From a virus, in the IMG/VR virus record IMGVR_UViG_3300035698_011327, positions 12,293-76,292 of that record: a stretch of 64,000 nt of DNA; one strand, given 5' to 3'. A program made the position numbers and the translations under genes. The notes under the pieces are model-generated. The model saw only the letters and a program-made list of their open reading frames with translations, had not been told where the DNA came from and did not search any database. Shown in pieces: positions 36,633 to 46,074 of this stretch. Numbering within the stretch: the stretch's first letter is position 1; the number at the start of each line of letters is the position of its first letter.

Positions 36633-37198
36633 TGAAGATGCCAGCTGGCTTTAATAAAGGGGAAAACAACCCTATGTATGGTAGAAAAGTTTCTAAGGGA
36701 ACAAGAGCTAAAATATCAAAGGCTCTCAAAGGGGCTGTTTTCTCCGACCAGCACAGAGCAAATATATCAAAAGCAAAAAAGGGTGTAAAATGGCCTGAAG
36801 GGATTCCATACCCACAGACTGGTAAAAAATTATCAGAAGAGCATAAGTTAAAAATATCAAGGTCTTTAAAAGGTAAATTTGCTAAAGATAAAAATCCTAA
36901 TTGGGGTAAATTTGGAAAGCTAAACCCTAACTGGAAAGGCGGCAAGTCTTACGAACATAGGCCGGCCATTTGGTTTAAGAAAAAATTCAGGGATAGCATT
37001 AAAGAGCGTGACATGTATAAGTGTAGGAATCCTAGCTGTGACGGGAAATCAATAACCTTGTGTATTCACCATATCGATTACGATAAGATGAATTGTAATA
37101 AAGGGAATCTCATAACATTGTGCATGCCGTGTAACGCTAAAGCAAATTTTAACCGGGACTACTGGGAAGAATTTTACAGTAGAATCGTGATGGTGTAA
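36632..37198 (+). CDS. HNH homing endonuclease with NUMOD3 repeats
   Basis: NPMYGRK, SEEHKLKIS, NPNWKGG, HHIDYDK.NC. Confidence 0.85.
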   Translation: MKMPAGFNKGENNPMYGRKVSKGTRAKISKALKGAVFSDQHRANISKAKKGVKWPEGIPYPQTGKKLSEEHKLKISRSLKGKFAKDKNPNWGKFGKLNPNWKGGKSYEHRPAIWFKKKFRDSIKERDMYKCRNPSCDGKSITLCIHHIDYDKMNCNKGNLITLCMPCNAKANFNRDYWEEFYSRIVMV

Positions 37199-37199
37199 A

Positions 37200-38117
37200 A
37201 TGGCACAACTTATAGCCACGGGTGATTGGCACCTAACAGAGTATCGGCCTAGGTCAAGGAAAGACGATTACATATCGGCTATGATAGCAAAGATTAAATT
37301 CATAGCCGATATGAAGGCTGACCGCATCCTTAATCCTGGAGATGTTACAGATAGTCACGAGTTTCCAGATAAGTTTAAAACCAAATGGATAAGCAGACTT
37401 AGTAAAAGGATCATCTGTGTTCCTGGACAGCACGACTTAAGATACCACACCTCTGGAATAGTGAATACACCTCTCGGTGTTCTTAGTGAGGCGGTAGGTT
37501 TTAAGATAATCCATAATACCGATGGCCCTTTTACAATGCAGAAACATGTAAGAACGGCTCTTGGTAGCAAAGAGGTATCTGTCTATGGTGCGGGATGGAA
37601 TAAAAAAATCCCAGAGATAATAGACATGGAAGCTTACAACATCCTGCTTACCCATAGGATGGTGATAGAAAGCAAGCTTTGGGATAAGCAGGAAAGCTAT
37701 GATGTAGCAGGTAGTCTTTTAAGAAGGAATAAATTCGATCTCATTGTAAGCGGAGATAACCACCAAAGCTTCCATTATGAGCGAGATGGCAAGATGCTTA
37801 TAAATTGCGGAAGCCTGATGAGAAGCAAGATAGATCAAGTTGATCATAAACCTTGCGTTTGGGTAATTGACACTGATAAGAAATCATATGAGCAGATATT
37901 TATTCCAATCGCTCCAGCCGAAGAAGTATTCAATGTCGAAGAAGTAGAGATCATAAAAGCAAGAAACAATAGGCTTGATACTTTAAAAGACTCATTTAAG
38001 AACAGAAAAAAGCTAACTGGGTTGGACTATAAAAAAAGAGTAATAAAGAGAACTGCAGAGTTAAAGCCGAAGGCTCTTACTAAGAAAATAATAAATGGCA
38101 TAATGTCAGAGGCGTAA
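37200..38117 (+). CDS. sbcD: SbcD/Mre11-like metallophosphoesterase nuclease
   Basis: GDWH, PGDVTD, PGQHD, SGDNH, NCGS. Confidence 0.85.
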   Translation: MAQLIATGDWHLTEYRPRSRKDDYISAMIAKIKFIADMKADRILNPGDVTDSHEFPDKFKTKWISRLSKRIICVPGQHDLRYHTSGIVNTPLGVLSEAVGFKIIHNTDGPFTMQKHVRTALGSKEVSVYGAGWNKKIPEIIDMEAYNILLTHRMVIESKLWDKQESYDVAGSLLRRNKFDLIVSGDNHQSFHYERDGKMLINCGSLMRSKIDQVDHKPCVWVIDTDKKSYEQIFIPIAPAEEVFNVEEVEIIKARNNRLDTLKDSFKNRKKLTGLDYKKRVIKRTAELKPKALTKKIINGIMSEA

Positions 38118-38124
38118 GGAAGCT

Positions 38125-38361
38125 ATGATAGAGATACATGATATAAAAACGATAGAAAGAAATATAAAAAAAGCCAGAAACAAAAAAGCATCAGCTGAGG
38201 GTGCTATAAAAGTGCTTTTAAAGCAGCTTAAGGATAATCATAATCTCGATAGCGTAGAAGATGCGGAAGTCTTTGTAGAGAAAGAAGAACGCAGACTTGC
38301 TGCTGAAGAGAAGAAGCTGAACAAGAAGCTTGATGTTTTAAAGGATGAATGTGGACTCTAA
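38125..38361 (+). CDS. coiled-coil protein (possible SbcC coil segment)
   Basis: Heptad-rich 78 aa between SbcD and the SbcC C-half. Confidence 0.6.
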   Translation: MIEIHDIKTIERNIKKARNKKASAEGAIKVLLKQLKDNHNLDSVEDAEVFVEKEERRLAAEEKKLNKKLDVLKDECGL

Positions 38362-38998
38362 TCTTCTTCAGGAAATAAAAGCAGGAATTGTAGAAGTGGT
38401 TGAAGAAAGGGATGCTCTTTTGCTAAGGGAGGAAAATCTTCTGAAGGAAAAGAAAGCCGCTGATGAATTTCTCACATGTGCTAAAGAAGCTCAGGCTATC
38501 CTATCATCAGTAGCCAAAGAAACTCAAGCTGATATAGAAGATCACCTAACAAATATCGTAACTATAGCCTTGGCTGCTGTGGAGTCCGACGATAGTAGCA
38601 TACCAAAACCTCCAGAGTTTGTAGCGAGGGTAGTTGAAAGAAGGAACACGATAGAGTGCGATCTGATGTTTAAAGAGGGTAAGCGAGAACAGCACCCTAA
38701 AGAATGCTCTGGTTTTGGATATGTCGATATAGCTGACTATGCTTTAAGAGTAGACTTCATTCTTCTTGAGCTTGAATACTCTGATGAGAATATAAGAAAG
38801 ACACTTGTATTGGATGAGCCATTCAGATTTGTCGATCCTTCCCTTCAATACAAAGTCTCTGAGATGCTTAACATGGTATCTGATGATCTTGGATTCCAGC
38901 AGATAGTTGTATCGCACGCTAAAGGCGTAAATAAAAATGCCGACACAACGCATAAGATAACGAAGGTCGGCAAACATAGTAAAGTGGTTACGGCCTAG
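38345..38998 (+). CDS. SbcC/Rad50-like ATPase, C-terminal half
   Basis: Signature-like CSGFG, Walker B LVLDEPF, H-loop IVVSH. Confidence 0.75.
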   Translation: MNVDSNLLQEIKAGIVEVVEERDALLLREENLLKEKKAADEFLTCAKEAQAILSSVAKETQADIEDHLTNIVTIALAAVESDDSSIPKPPEFVARVVERRNTIECDLMFKEGKREQHPKECSGFGYVDIADYALRVDFILLELEYSDENIRKTLVLDEPFRFVDPSLQYKVSEMLNMVSDDLGFQQIVVSHAKGVNKNADTTHKITKVGKHSKVVTA

Positions 38999-39071
38999 AG
39001 GGTTGGCGAAACGGCTAACGCATCGGGCTTTGGTCCCGACACCACAGGTTCAAGTCCTGTACCCTCTTCCA
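38997..39071 (+). tRNA. tRNA-Gln(TTG)
   Basis: AGAGGGT/ACCCTCT acceptor, TCGGG-CTTTGGT-CCCGA, TCCA end. Confidence 0.85.
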
Positions 39072-39338
39072 TCATTTACTGACGATAGTGACAGTTATAG
39101 TCCTATCCTCTGTCCTAGTAGGCGTAACAATCCTATTGACTATCGTGTGAACATCCCCTATGGTTCCACCTGATAACCAGATAGTAGCAGTCTTAGTGCT
39201 GTTCGTATCAGAGTCTTTTGTTATTCCTGTAGGGACTATCCATGTACTAGTGCTAATTACATCTCCATTTAACCAAAGCGTCCAATCAATTTGATAATCC
39301 ATCACTGCATCTGAGTCTTTTTCAAAATCACAAGGCAT
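39072..39338 (-). CDS. small virion protein (fibre-tail adaptor-like)
   Basis: KDSDAVMDYQIDW..WL.GD.I..STW, TIWLSGG. Confidence 0.6.
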   Translation of the reverse strand: MPCDFEKDSDAVMDYQIDWTLWLNGDVISTSTWIVPTGITKDSDTNSTKTATIWLSGGTIGDVHTIVNRIVTPTRTEDRTITVTIVSK

Positions 39339-39346
39339 GGCCCCTC

Positions 39347-40663
39347 CTATACTTCTTTCTCTGTAATTGTCCTGCTTTCAAGGTTTATAACAAAAGTCCT
39401 ATTTTCATATCTCACTTTACAGGCTCTGTCTTCAAATATCACAGCACATATATTTTTGAACGATGGCTCTCTTGATAAAACTACTACTATTCCTTCAACG
39501 ATTGTTACATTGTCTGAGACTGATGGGACTGGGTCTGAACCTTCAACCTGAGCAGATGCTATTTCGCTTATCCCTATGTTGTCACGAGCATCTGCTAATA
39601 TCTTTATAATAGCTTCTGATATTTCACTTATTTCTATACTATCTTGAGCGCTAGCAAGAAGTCTATCAAAAAGAACCGTTAGGCTTGAATCGTCTATGAC
39701 TATAGATTCAGAACTTAAAAAGCTAAAAGACGCATCCTCACCTATATCTTCAGCCAGGTTAACATCGTCTGATATTTCTATGACAATGTCTAACGCAGAG
39801 TTGTCGATGACTTCTGATATTGTTATGCCATCGTTAGCTTCTATTTCAAGATCAACAGCTACAGTTGGTGTATCTGAAACTTCTATATCTTGACTAACAT
39901 CGATTACGATGTCAAGATTAGAAACATCTGGAGTTTCGCTTACTTCTATATTATCTGAAGCTGTGACGGATAAATTCACACCCTCAAGCTGAATAGTTGG
40001 TGTATCTGAAACTTCTATATCTTGACTAACATCGATTACGATGTCAAGATTAGAAACATCTGGAGTCTCGCTGACTTCTATGTTGTCGTCAGCTTCTATT
40101 TCAAGGCTGATATTTGCTTCTGGAGTCTCGCTGACTTCTATGTTGTCGTCAGCTTCTATAGATATGTCTACGCTAGCTTCAGGTGTGTCTGAAACTTCTA
40201 TGTTGTCGTCAGCTTCTATAGATATGTCTACGCTAGCTTCTGGTGTGTCTGAAACTTCTATGTCTTGACTAACATCGATTACGATGTCAAGATTAGAAAC
40301 ATCTGGAGTCTCGCTGACTTCTATGTTGTCGTCAGCTTCTATAGATATGTCTACGCTGGCTTCAGGAGTTTCGCTGACTTCTATGTTATCTGAAGCTGTG
40401 ACGGAGAGGTCTACAGCAGCAAGACCGGTGACTGTTGGGATTTCTGATACTTCTATGTCTTGACTAACATCGATTACGATGTCAAGATTGGATATGTCTG
40501 GAGTTTCGCTTACTTCTATGTTGTCGCTAACATTGACAGAAAGATCACCGCTGACACCGGCTTGTTCTAAATAGTTACCGCCACCTGGAATAAACACGAC
40601 AGCGTCTTTCTCAGTATCTAGAACATTGCCGCCACCAGGAATAAAATATAAAGTATCAGCCAT
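39347..40663 (-). CDS. acidic Ser/Thr-rich tandem-repeat virion protein
   Basis: About 12 repeats of 20-24 aa (DNIEVSETP core). Confidence 0.75.
   Translation of the reverse strand: MADTLYFIPGGGNVLDTEKDAVVFIPGGGNYLEQAGVSGDLSVNVSDNIEVSETPDISNLDIVIDVSQDIEVSEIPTVTGLAAVDLSVTASDNIEVSETPEASVDISIEADDNIEVSETPDVSNLDIVIDVSQDIEVSDTPEASVDISIEADDNIEVSDTPEASVDISIEADDNIEVSETPEANISLEIEADDNIEVSETPDVSNLDIVIDVSQDIEVSDTPTIQLEGVNLSVTASDNIEVSETPDVSNLDIVIDVSQDIEVSDTPTVAVDLEIEANDGITISEVIDNSALDIVIEISDDVNLAEDIGEDASFSFLSSESIVIDDSSLTVLFDRLLASAQDSIEISEISEAIIKILADARDNIGISEIASAQVEGSDPVPSVSDNVTIVEGIVVVLSREPSFKNICAVIFEDRACKVRYENRTFVINLESRTITEKEV
39830..40530 (-). repeat. coding tandem repeat array, ~60-72 bp units
   Basis: Near-identical units, e.g. 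ACTTCTATGTTGTCGTCAGCTTCTAT recurring at a 60-bp period. Confidence 0.85.
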
Positions 40664-41994
40664 TAGCTAATCACCACCACTGGATCAACGTACGCAACTT
40701 TTGATGCTATCGCCAAATTTGCCCAAACAGTATGAACTCCAGCACCTCCACCAGTTACGGAAATACTTGCTTGTTCTTTTATAGGTGTGCCTAACCCTCC
40801 ATCTGTCCATGCTTCAGTGTTGTCTGTTAGTTGAGTAACGGCTGTGTCGAAATATGCTGGCTTTGTAGTCCATAATTTACCAAGCATCAAGTCAGTGCTT
40901 GCAACCGGAGCTTCAACTTCAATCCAAAATTCATCATTAACAAAGCCGCTTGACGTACCTGTGCCTTGTGAATCATGGATGATGTTTACTGTTATTGTCG
41001 GGTTAGCAGTGCAATATACTTCACAGAGTTTGAATCGTAATGGAGCAATATACTCGATAGCATGGGTGTTCGTAGTCATTTTTGCGGAATAGTCCGCACC
41101 AAGATTACAGTAAGTATCGTGCTCTATATCACCATCATAATACTGCTCAAATAATTGGTATAATATGTCGGAGTCGGTACATGAGTGAACTTTTAAACTC
41201 CCTGCCATATTGGTTGGAGCCGCCGCTATCATCCCGGTAGTTGCTGGCAACTTACACCGTCTAAATTGGACATCGTTGAGCGTGTCATATGTCATAGACA
41301 CAAGATTCTCACCCGTTGGAAGACTCGACATGTCAATGTCTGCAATAGTGGCTTTGGTTGATCTGCCGCTATCCCCAATTAAAAAGTGCGCAGCGCCTAT
41401 GCTTGTACCATTGAATAGAAAGGTTCCACCCTCCCACTCAAATCTACATACTTTGATTTTAACGTCTACATTGACCCCGCCAGCCAAAACTTCAAGAGTA
41501 CAGTTGTCTATAAGGCGAATAAAGCAATCGGCCCCGAGGTTTCCGTCTGTCTTAAATTCTCTATCGAACGCAAACCAGCTATTCGACCATATCTGGGCAT
41601 TACCGTCACCAGCATAAAGAAAAACATCTTCACCACTACCTGCCCCATCGCCAGCTACAAATTTTGCACCGAAACCCAATATGCTACCATTTATTCTAAT
41701 CCAGTTTGCCCCAGTGGTTTCAATTTTACCACCACCTGTCGCCATCGACTCATAGCTATCATCTGTCTTGTCAACTGACTTTATAATGTTAGGAGTGGCA
41801 ATCGCCCCAGGAAAAGCATAGGTTTTATCTCCCGCACTTTGGGTTTCATAATGAATGCTGGCTATGTATAAAGTCTCACTTGCCGCCAAATCTACTAAAA
41901 CAGCCGTCAATGTAGTATAAGAAATGGTTGAGCTATTCCATGTTGCATCGGAATCGTCTTGCAAAGTATCCATCCATAAATATCTATCAGCCAT
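40663..41994 (-). CDS. tail fibre/spike-like structural protein
   Basis: 443 aa, beta-rich Gly/Thr composition, tail module context. Confidence 0.55.
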   Translation of the reverse strand: MADRYLWMDTLQDDSDATWNSSTISYTTLTAVLVDLAASETLYIASIHYETQSAGDKTYAFPGAIATPNIIKSVDKTDDSYESMATGGGKIETTGANWIRINGSILGFGAKFVAGDGAGSGEDVFLYAGDGNAQIWSNSWFAFDREFKTDGNLGADCFIRLIDNCTLEVLAGGVNVDVKIKVCRFEWEGGTFLFNGTSIGAAHFLIGDSGRSTKATIADIDMSSLPTGENLVSMTYDTLNDVQFRRCKLPATTGMIAAAPTNMAGSLKVHSCTDSDILYQLFEQYYDGDIEHDTYCNLGADYSAKMTTNTHAIEYIAPLRFKLCEVYCTANPTITVNIIHDSQGTGTSSGFVNDEFWIEVEAPVASTDLMLGKLWTTKPAYFDTAVTQLTDNTEAWTDGGLGTPIKEQASISVTGGGAGVHTVWANLAIASKVAYVDPVVVIS

Positions 41995-42372
41995 TTATTT
42001 CACCGCCGTTATTTTTACTGTTTCTAAATCAAGATTGTCTTTAAGTGTTACAGCATTGTTATAATCAGATTCTCCAATTAAAACCGCTTCATTTAAAGCT
42101 ATCATCAACTCTGACTTAGTAGCAAATTGTAGTGGATACCAAGATGCGCCTTGTTCCATCTTTTTTATCACTCCAGAGATTTCAAGGACTTTTAGCTGCA
42201 TCTCAAGCTTTTGCTGTCGATCTTTTAAGAATTGGATCGTATCCGCTTTTAGATCAATATCGCAGCTGTTAATGTGCCTGCGTTTCAAGTGATCTGTGAA
42301 ACAATACCGAATTTTTCGCTTACCATAAGCCTGTGGATGATCTTCTATTATTTCAGATTTTATGATCGTCAC
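41995..42372 (-). CDS. hypothetical protein
   Basis: ORF in the late operon, RBS GAGGGG. Confidence 0.55.
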   Translation of the reverse strand: MTIIKSEIIEDHPQAYGKRKIRYCFTDHLKRRHINSCDIDLKADTIQFLKDRQQKLEMQLKVLEISGVIKKMEQGASWYPLQFATKSELMIALNEAVLIGESDYNNAVTLKDNLDLETVKITAVK

Positions 42373-42384
42373 TGTGCCCCCTCA

Positions 42385-43140
42385 TCAAGGGAATTGCTGC
42401 CCTGTTGATCTATCAATATGCTGACAAAATATAGACGTATCGCATAAAAGTGGATATTTCTTTCTAGCCAATTTATCCCATCCTGTTGCCTTAAGTGCTT
42501 TTTGCTCCATCATCCTATTAAAAAAATAAAGGTCTTGAGTTCCTTGTTCGCTATGCGTCTTACCAGTCTCAGGATCGAACCAAGCTCTCTTAGGGGTCTC
42601 AAACACACGCCTAGACTCTGTGCCATTAAGCATTGTATAAGGTTCACTATTCTCCCACATGTAAGCAAGAACAGGTACATGTATAAGGAGGCAGCCCATA
42701 GGAAGGCCATCAGCCCTAACTTTATCACCAAGCTTCCATTTAAGATACGGCCCAGTCCCTCTCCCTCTAAAAATCAAAGGCTGAGAAGGGCTAGACTTTG
42801 TGTAGTAAAGTCCAGACACAACTGCTTCTTCCCCTTCTTCCATATACTTTGTAAATTTTAGAAAAGTGTCTACAGGTATCAAGACGTCATCTTCTACAAG
42901 AATCAGCCACTCGACTCCCATATCAAGAGCCTTTTTTGTAATCATGTTATATGCGTCGTCTATCCAGTACCCGCACATTGTAAGATTTAAATCAAAAGAT
43001 GTAGACTCCCAGTTGACTGGTATCATTTGACCATAACGCTTATGTGCCCATTCAAATCTTATCAGACCCTCTGTTGCTGTTGATATGAGAATCTTCCTTT
43101 TCCACTTTGTATCGCAATACTCTACCACTTCTTCATTCAT
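42385..43140 (-). CDS. GT-A fold (GT2-like) glycosyltransferase
   Basis: WLILVEDDV, VVSGLYY, GLPMGCLLI, TQDLYF, CDTSI.C.H. Confidence 0.75.
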   Translation of the reverse strand: MNEEVVEYCDTKWKRKILISTATEGLIRFEWAHKRYGQMIPVNWESTSFDLNLTMCGYWIDDAYNMITKKALDMGVEWLILVEDDVLIPVDTFLKFTKYMEEGEEAVVSGLYYTKSSPSQPLIFRGRGTGPYLKWKLGDKVRADGLPMGCLLIHVPVLAYMWENSEPYTMLNGTESRRVFETPKRAWFDPETGKTHSEQGTQDLYFFNRMMEQKALKATGWDKLARKKYPLLCDTSIFCQHIDRSTGQQFP

Positions 43141-43600
43141 TGTTAGCCCCTTTTGCCTTTTGAAATGCTACTTCTATATCCCCCCACTTGTTCCAGAAAA
43201 GCCTCTCTATTGTCCAAGGCTGCGGCTTATATACATCATAAAGCGGCAAGCCTTCAACGAAATATTGTGGAGTTGCTTCTATCCAAGATGTACAATGCGT
43301 CGGATCTTGATGCCATCTTGGTGATCCACCATACGGCGTAGATATAAGAAGATGGCCTTCATCTTCAAGTGCTCTCCAACACTCATCCATAAACTTGAAC
43401 TGTAACCAAGGCTTAATGTGCTCAATGAGATGAGAGCATACTATGACTGCACACGAATCATCTTCAAGCGGCCAAGGGAACGACTCTATGTCGTGTACGA
43501 TCTGGACACCAGGCAAATCCCTAATGTCCATACCAACATAGCCCTTATTACAGTTTGCACCGCAGCCTAGGTCTAGCATAATCTTTTGTTTTAATTTCAT
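43133..43600 (-). CDS. class I SAM-dependent methyltransferase
   Basis: LDLGCG, SHLIEH, ECWRAL, QDPTH. Confidence 0.85.
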   Translation of the reverse strand: MKLKQKIMLDLGCGANCNKGYVGMDIRDLPGVQIVHDIESFPWPLEDDSCAVIVCSHLIEHIKPWLQFKFMDECWRALEDEGHLLISTPYGGSPRWHQDPTHCTSWIEATPQYFVEGLPLYDVYKPQPWTIERLFWNKWGDIEVAFQKAKGANNE

Positions 43601-43618
43601 GTTTGCCCCTTAATTAGT

Positions 43619-44080
43619 TTACGCTGTTGCGAATACCAACTGATACGTAGCGGATACACCTTGATTCGCATTCCAAGTTGAGCTAGCAAACGTATTCCCA
43701 CAGCAGATTGTAGCAGCTGTATTCCCTAAAGCAATATTGCTGATATTACATACGCCTGGATTATCAGTAGAAGCCCATGCTCTTGTCGCCTGTACAGTCT
43801 TAGATGTCTCAACGGACATAGTACAGGTACCACTAATCGTTGAGCCATCGAGAGCAGTGTGGGCAGCACCGGGAGCACTACCAGTGCCAAGAAGCATAGC
43901 CGTAAGCTGCTTTGATCCTCCTGCTCCTGCTACGCAACCACAAATAAAATCCTGAAAACCAAGGTTGACAACTTCGTTCTCACACCAACCAGAATCACCA
44001 ACGATTTTCCTACCGTCTTTTCCTTCACCAATTTTGATTCTAAAGAATCCTCTCACTGGTGAAAATTCTTTTGTAGCCAT
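43619..44080 (-). CDS. virion structural protein
   Basis: ENEVVNLG, LGTGSAP beta-rich pattern of tail-proximal proteins; strong RBS. Confidence 0.55.
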   Translation of the reverse strand: MATKEFSPVRGFFRIKIGEGKDGRKIVGDSGWCENEVVNLGFQDFICGCVAGAGGSKQLTAMLLGTGSAPGAAHTALDGSTISGTCTMSVETSKTVQATRAWASTDNPGVCNISNIALGNTAATICCGNTFASSTWNANQGVSATYQLVFATA

Positions 44081-44105
44081 ACCCTTCCTCCTTTTTCAGC
44101 CCCTT

Positions 44106-44158
44106 CCCTATATCCTACTATAGGCTTAAAGGCGTTTGTAGATTGCAGACGCTCTGCA
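44106..44158 (-). promoter_or_regulatory. repeated intergenic motif, candidate late promoter (copy A)
   Basis: CTGCAATCTACAAA-N10-GCCTATAGTAGGATATAGGG on the - strand; recurs at 63100-63151. Confidence 0.45.
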
Positions 44159-44328
44159 TAGCCTGACAATCCGTCTTAAGTTAAACTCTTTCCCTCTATT
44201 TTATCTTTATCAACTCTTTCCATATTCCATTTATTGCTTCGATGTTTCCGCATATTAAAATCGTAAGAAAGAATATCAGCAGCAATGTCACTGCTAAGCA
44301 CCATCTTGCTGTTTTATCTACCGGCACA

Positions 44329-44625
44329 TCAACTCCTCAGTACCATCATCTTTTTATTAAGAAGCTCAATCTCTTTCTTCATTCTTCTAAGCATATCTTT
44401 AATATCTAAAGGCATTGGCTTATTATCATACCGATCTTCTATCTTCCAAATTCTATCTTGAAGCTGGTTAATGCGATCTTCAACGATCTTATTATCAAGA
44501 CGCATAGATAAGAGCTTAACTTCTTCCGTCTTGGCAAAATGACAATAGCCCTTGTATGTGCTACCTCCAAGAGCTATCATCCCAATTAAAACACCGATTA
44601 TAAGGCTTGCTTTTTTAAGAGTCAT
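44329..44625 (-). CDS. membrane-anchored coiled-coil protein (lysis module)
   Basis: N-terminal TM, next to the holin. Confidence 0.55.
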   Translation of the reverse strand: MTLKKASLIIGVLIGMIALGGSTYKGYCHFAKTEEVKLLSMRLDNKIVEDRINQLQDRIWKIEDRYDNKPMPLDIKDMLRRMKKEIELLNKKMMVLRS

Positions 44626-44642
44626 AAGCCCTCCAATATAAT

Positions 44643-45281
44643 TTACATACCAAGTTTGTTTTTAGCCATAGCTAAAATAGAACCTATCCCTCCAGCTTGT
44701 TTGACTTTTTCAACTCCCCTTGAAGCGGCGCTAACACCAAGGACAGCAGACCAGAATATATAGATACTATCTGGAATATGCGCCCAAGTAAAGGTAAATT
44801 CTGTAACGATGGCGGCGGCATTGGCTGCTAAGATTTCTGCATTCTTTGCTAAGACCCATCCTTTAATCACCGCTATGACGATTTGAGAAACAAAATAATC
44901 AAAGAAAATGGTGGTGCCAAACAGATAACCATTATAAGGTCTCCATCCAGCTTTCCATCCTTTCCCGTGCATAACTTCTGCTTGAATAGTCTTATTCACT
45001 TCAGACATGTGCTCATATTCAGCTTGGATTCGTTTCGTCTCCTCTTGTTCAATAGCTACACGATATTCAAGCAATGATTCTTTATACTGAATAGCAAGCT
45101 CTGGCTTAGCATCAATTTCTTCTAATATCTTATCAGGATCTTTTTGTCCTGTAATAGTCATACCCATATCTATTACTTTTTCAGCTACATCTTCAGCCTT
45201 ATCGCCCATAAGCTTCCCAATAAGAGCTGGAGCGAACTTGGTTGCTAATTGAATTGCTATCGGTATAAGCATCGGTAACAT
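44643..45281 (-). CDS. holin (3TM GTA-type)
   Basis: GWRPYNGY, AVLGVSAASRGVEK; adjacent to the endolysin. Confidence 0.7.
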   Translation of the reverse strand: MLPMLIPIAIQLATKFAPALIGKLMGDKAEDVAEKVIDMGMTITGQKDPDKILEEIDAKPELAIQYKESLLEYRVAIEQEETKRIQAEYEHMSEVNKTIQAEVMHGKGWKAGWRPYNGYLFGTTIFFDYFVSQIVIAVIKGWVLAKNAEILAANAAAIVTEFTFTWAHIPDSIYIFWSAVLGVSAASRGVEKVKQAGGIGSILAMAKNKLGM

Positions 45282-45290
45282 TGTTCCCCC

Positions 45291-45716
45291 CTAACTGATT
45301 AACTCAAAATGTACAAGGTCTTGAAAGTCTTGGTCTGTCATCGCCTCTCCGTCCATGTCCCAATCACCACCCCACCGGATTCTTACTCCCATGTGAGCCC
45401 CAACTCCGCAGACAACTCCTGCTAAATATATACAATGTCTAGCGTCCCAAGAGATTGCGCCTCTTATGAATGGGGCAGCATCAACTGCCAAAGACAGGTC
45501 ATTAGGTTCGACTACATTGTGCTTCCCTAATGGCCATTTTAGTCTCGACTTGCCGTTTTTATAGAATTTGTTCTGACGCTCTTTTGACCTTACGCCTTCT
45601 ACAATAGAAACATCCATAATCCCTGCTTCTATGACAGAATAGAAAACTCTCTGAATACTTAGGTTACAGGTCTGAAGTCGCTCCATAGACCTTCTGCCGT
45701 AAGAATATCTACTCAT
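45291..45716 (-). CDS. endolysin, peptidase M15 (L-Ala-D-Glu type)
   Basis: EGVRSKERQ, KHN...SLAVD, IRWGGDW, DLVHFEL. Confidence 0.9.
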   Translation of the reverse strand: MSRYSYGRRSMERLQTCNLSIQRVFYSVIEAGIMDVSIVEGVRSKERQNKFYKNGKSRLKWPLGKHNVVEPNDLSLAVDAAPFIRGAISWDARHCIYLAGVVCGVGAHMGVRIRWGGDWDMDGEAMTDQDFQDLVHFELIS

Positions 45717-46074
45717 CTTGTTTTTCCTCTTTCGACACAAGTATGTCCTTACAAGTATCGCAGTAATTGAATCCATAAAGAAGTTGTAAAGGATATGCTA
45801 AAATCTCCCACCAGCTATCGCCAGCTTCAAACATCAGACATCGCATCTTATCGCAGCCTTTAATTCCATGGACGTGTCCAAGCTCGTGGTTAATGATTGC
45901 GCTAGTGAAAAAATCACGCAATCCGAACCAAGTCGGTATCCATTTAGGTGGATAAACATCAACCCAATACATATTGCCTTTGAATCGATATTGACCTGGC
46001 ATAAAGAATGATAGCCATCGTGGCTCTATATTAATATCGCATTTATCTGGTATAGGCGATCTGTATTTTATCAT
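45709..46074 (-). CDS. small zincin metallopeptidase-like protein
   Basis: HELGHVHG..C....CLM...YCDTC (archaemetzincin/matrixin-like). Confidence 0.6.
   Translation of the reverse strand: MIKYRSPIPDKCDINIEPRWLSFFMPGQYRFKGNMYWVDVYPPKWIPTWFGLRDFFTSAIINHELGHVHGIKGCDKMRCLMFEAGDSWWEILAYPLQLLYGFNYCDTCKDILVSKEEKQDE

Noticed and set aside
39830-40530. CRISPR array or DGR template/variable repeats
   Set aside because: The repeats are in-frame coding units, with no adenine-specific variation and no reverse transcriptase in the window.
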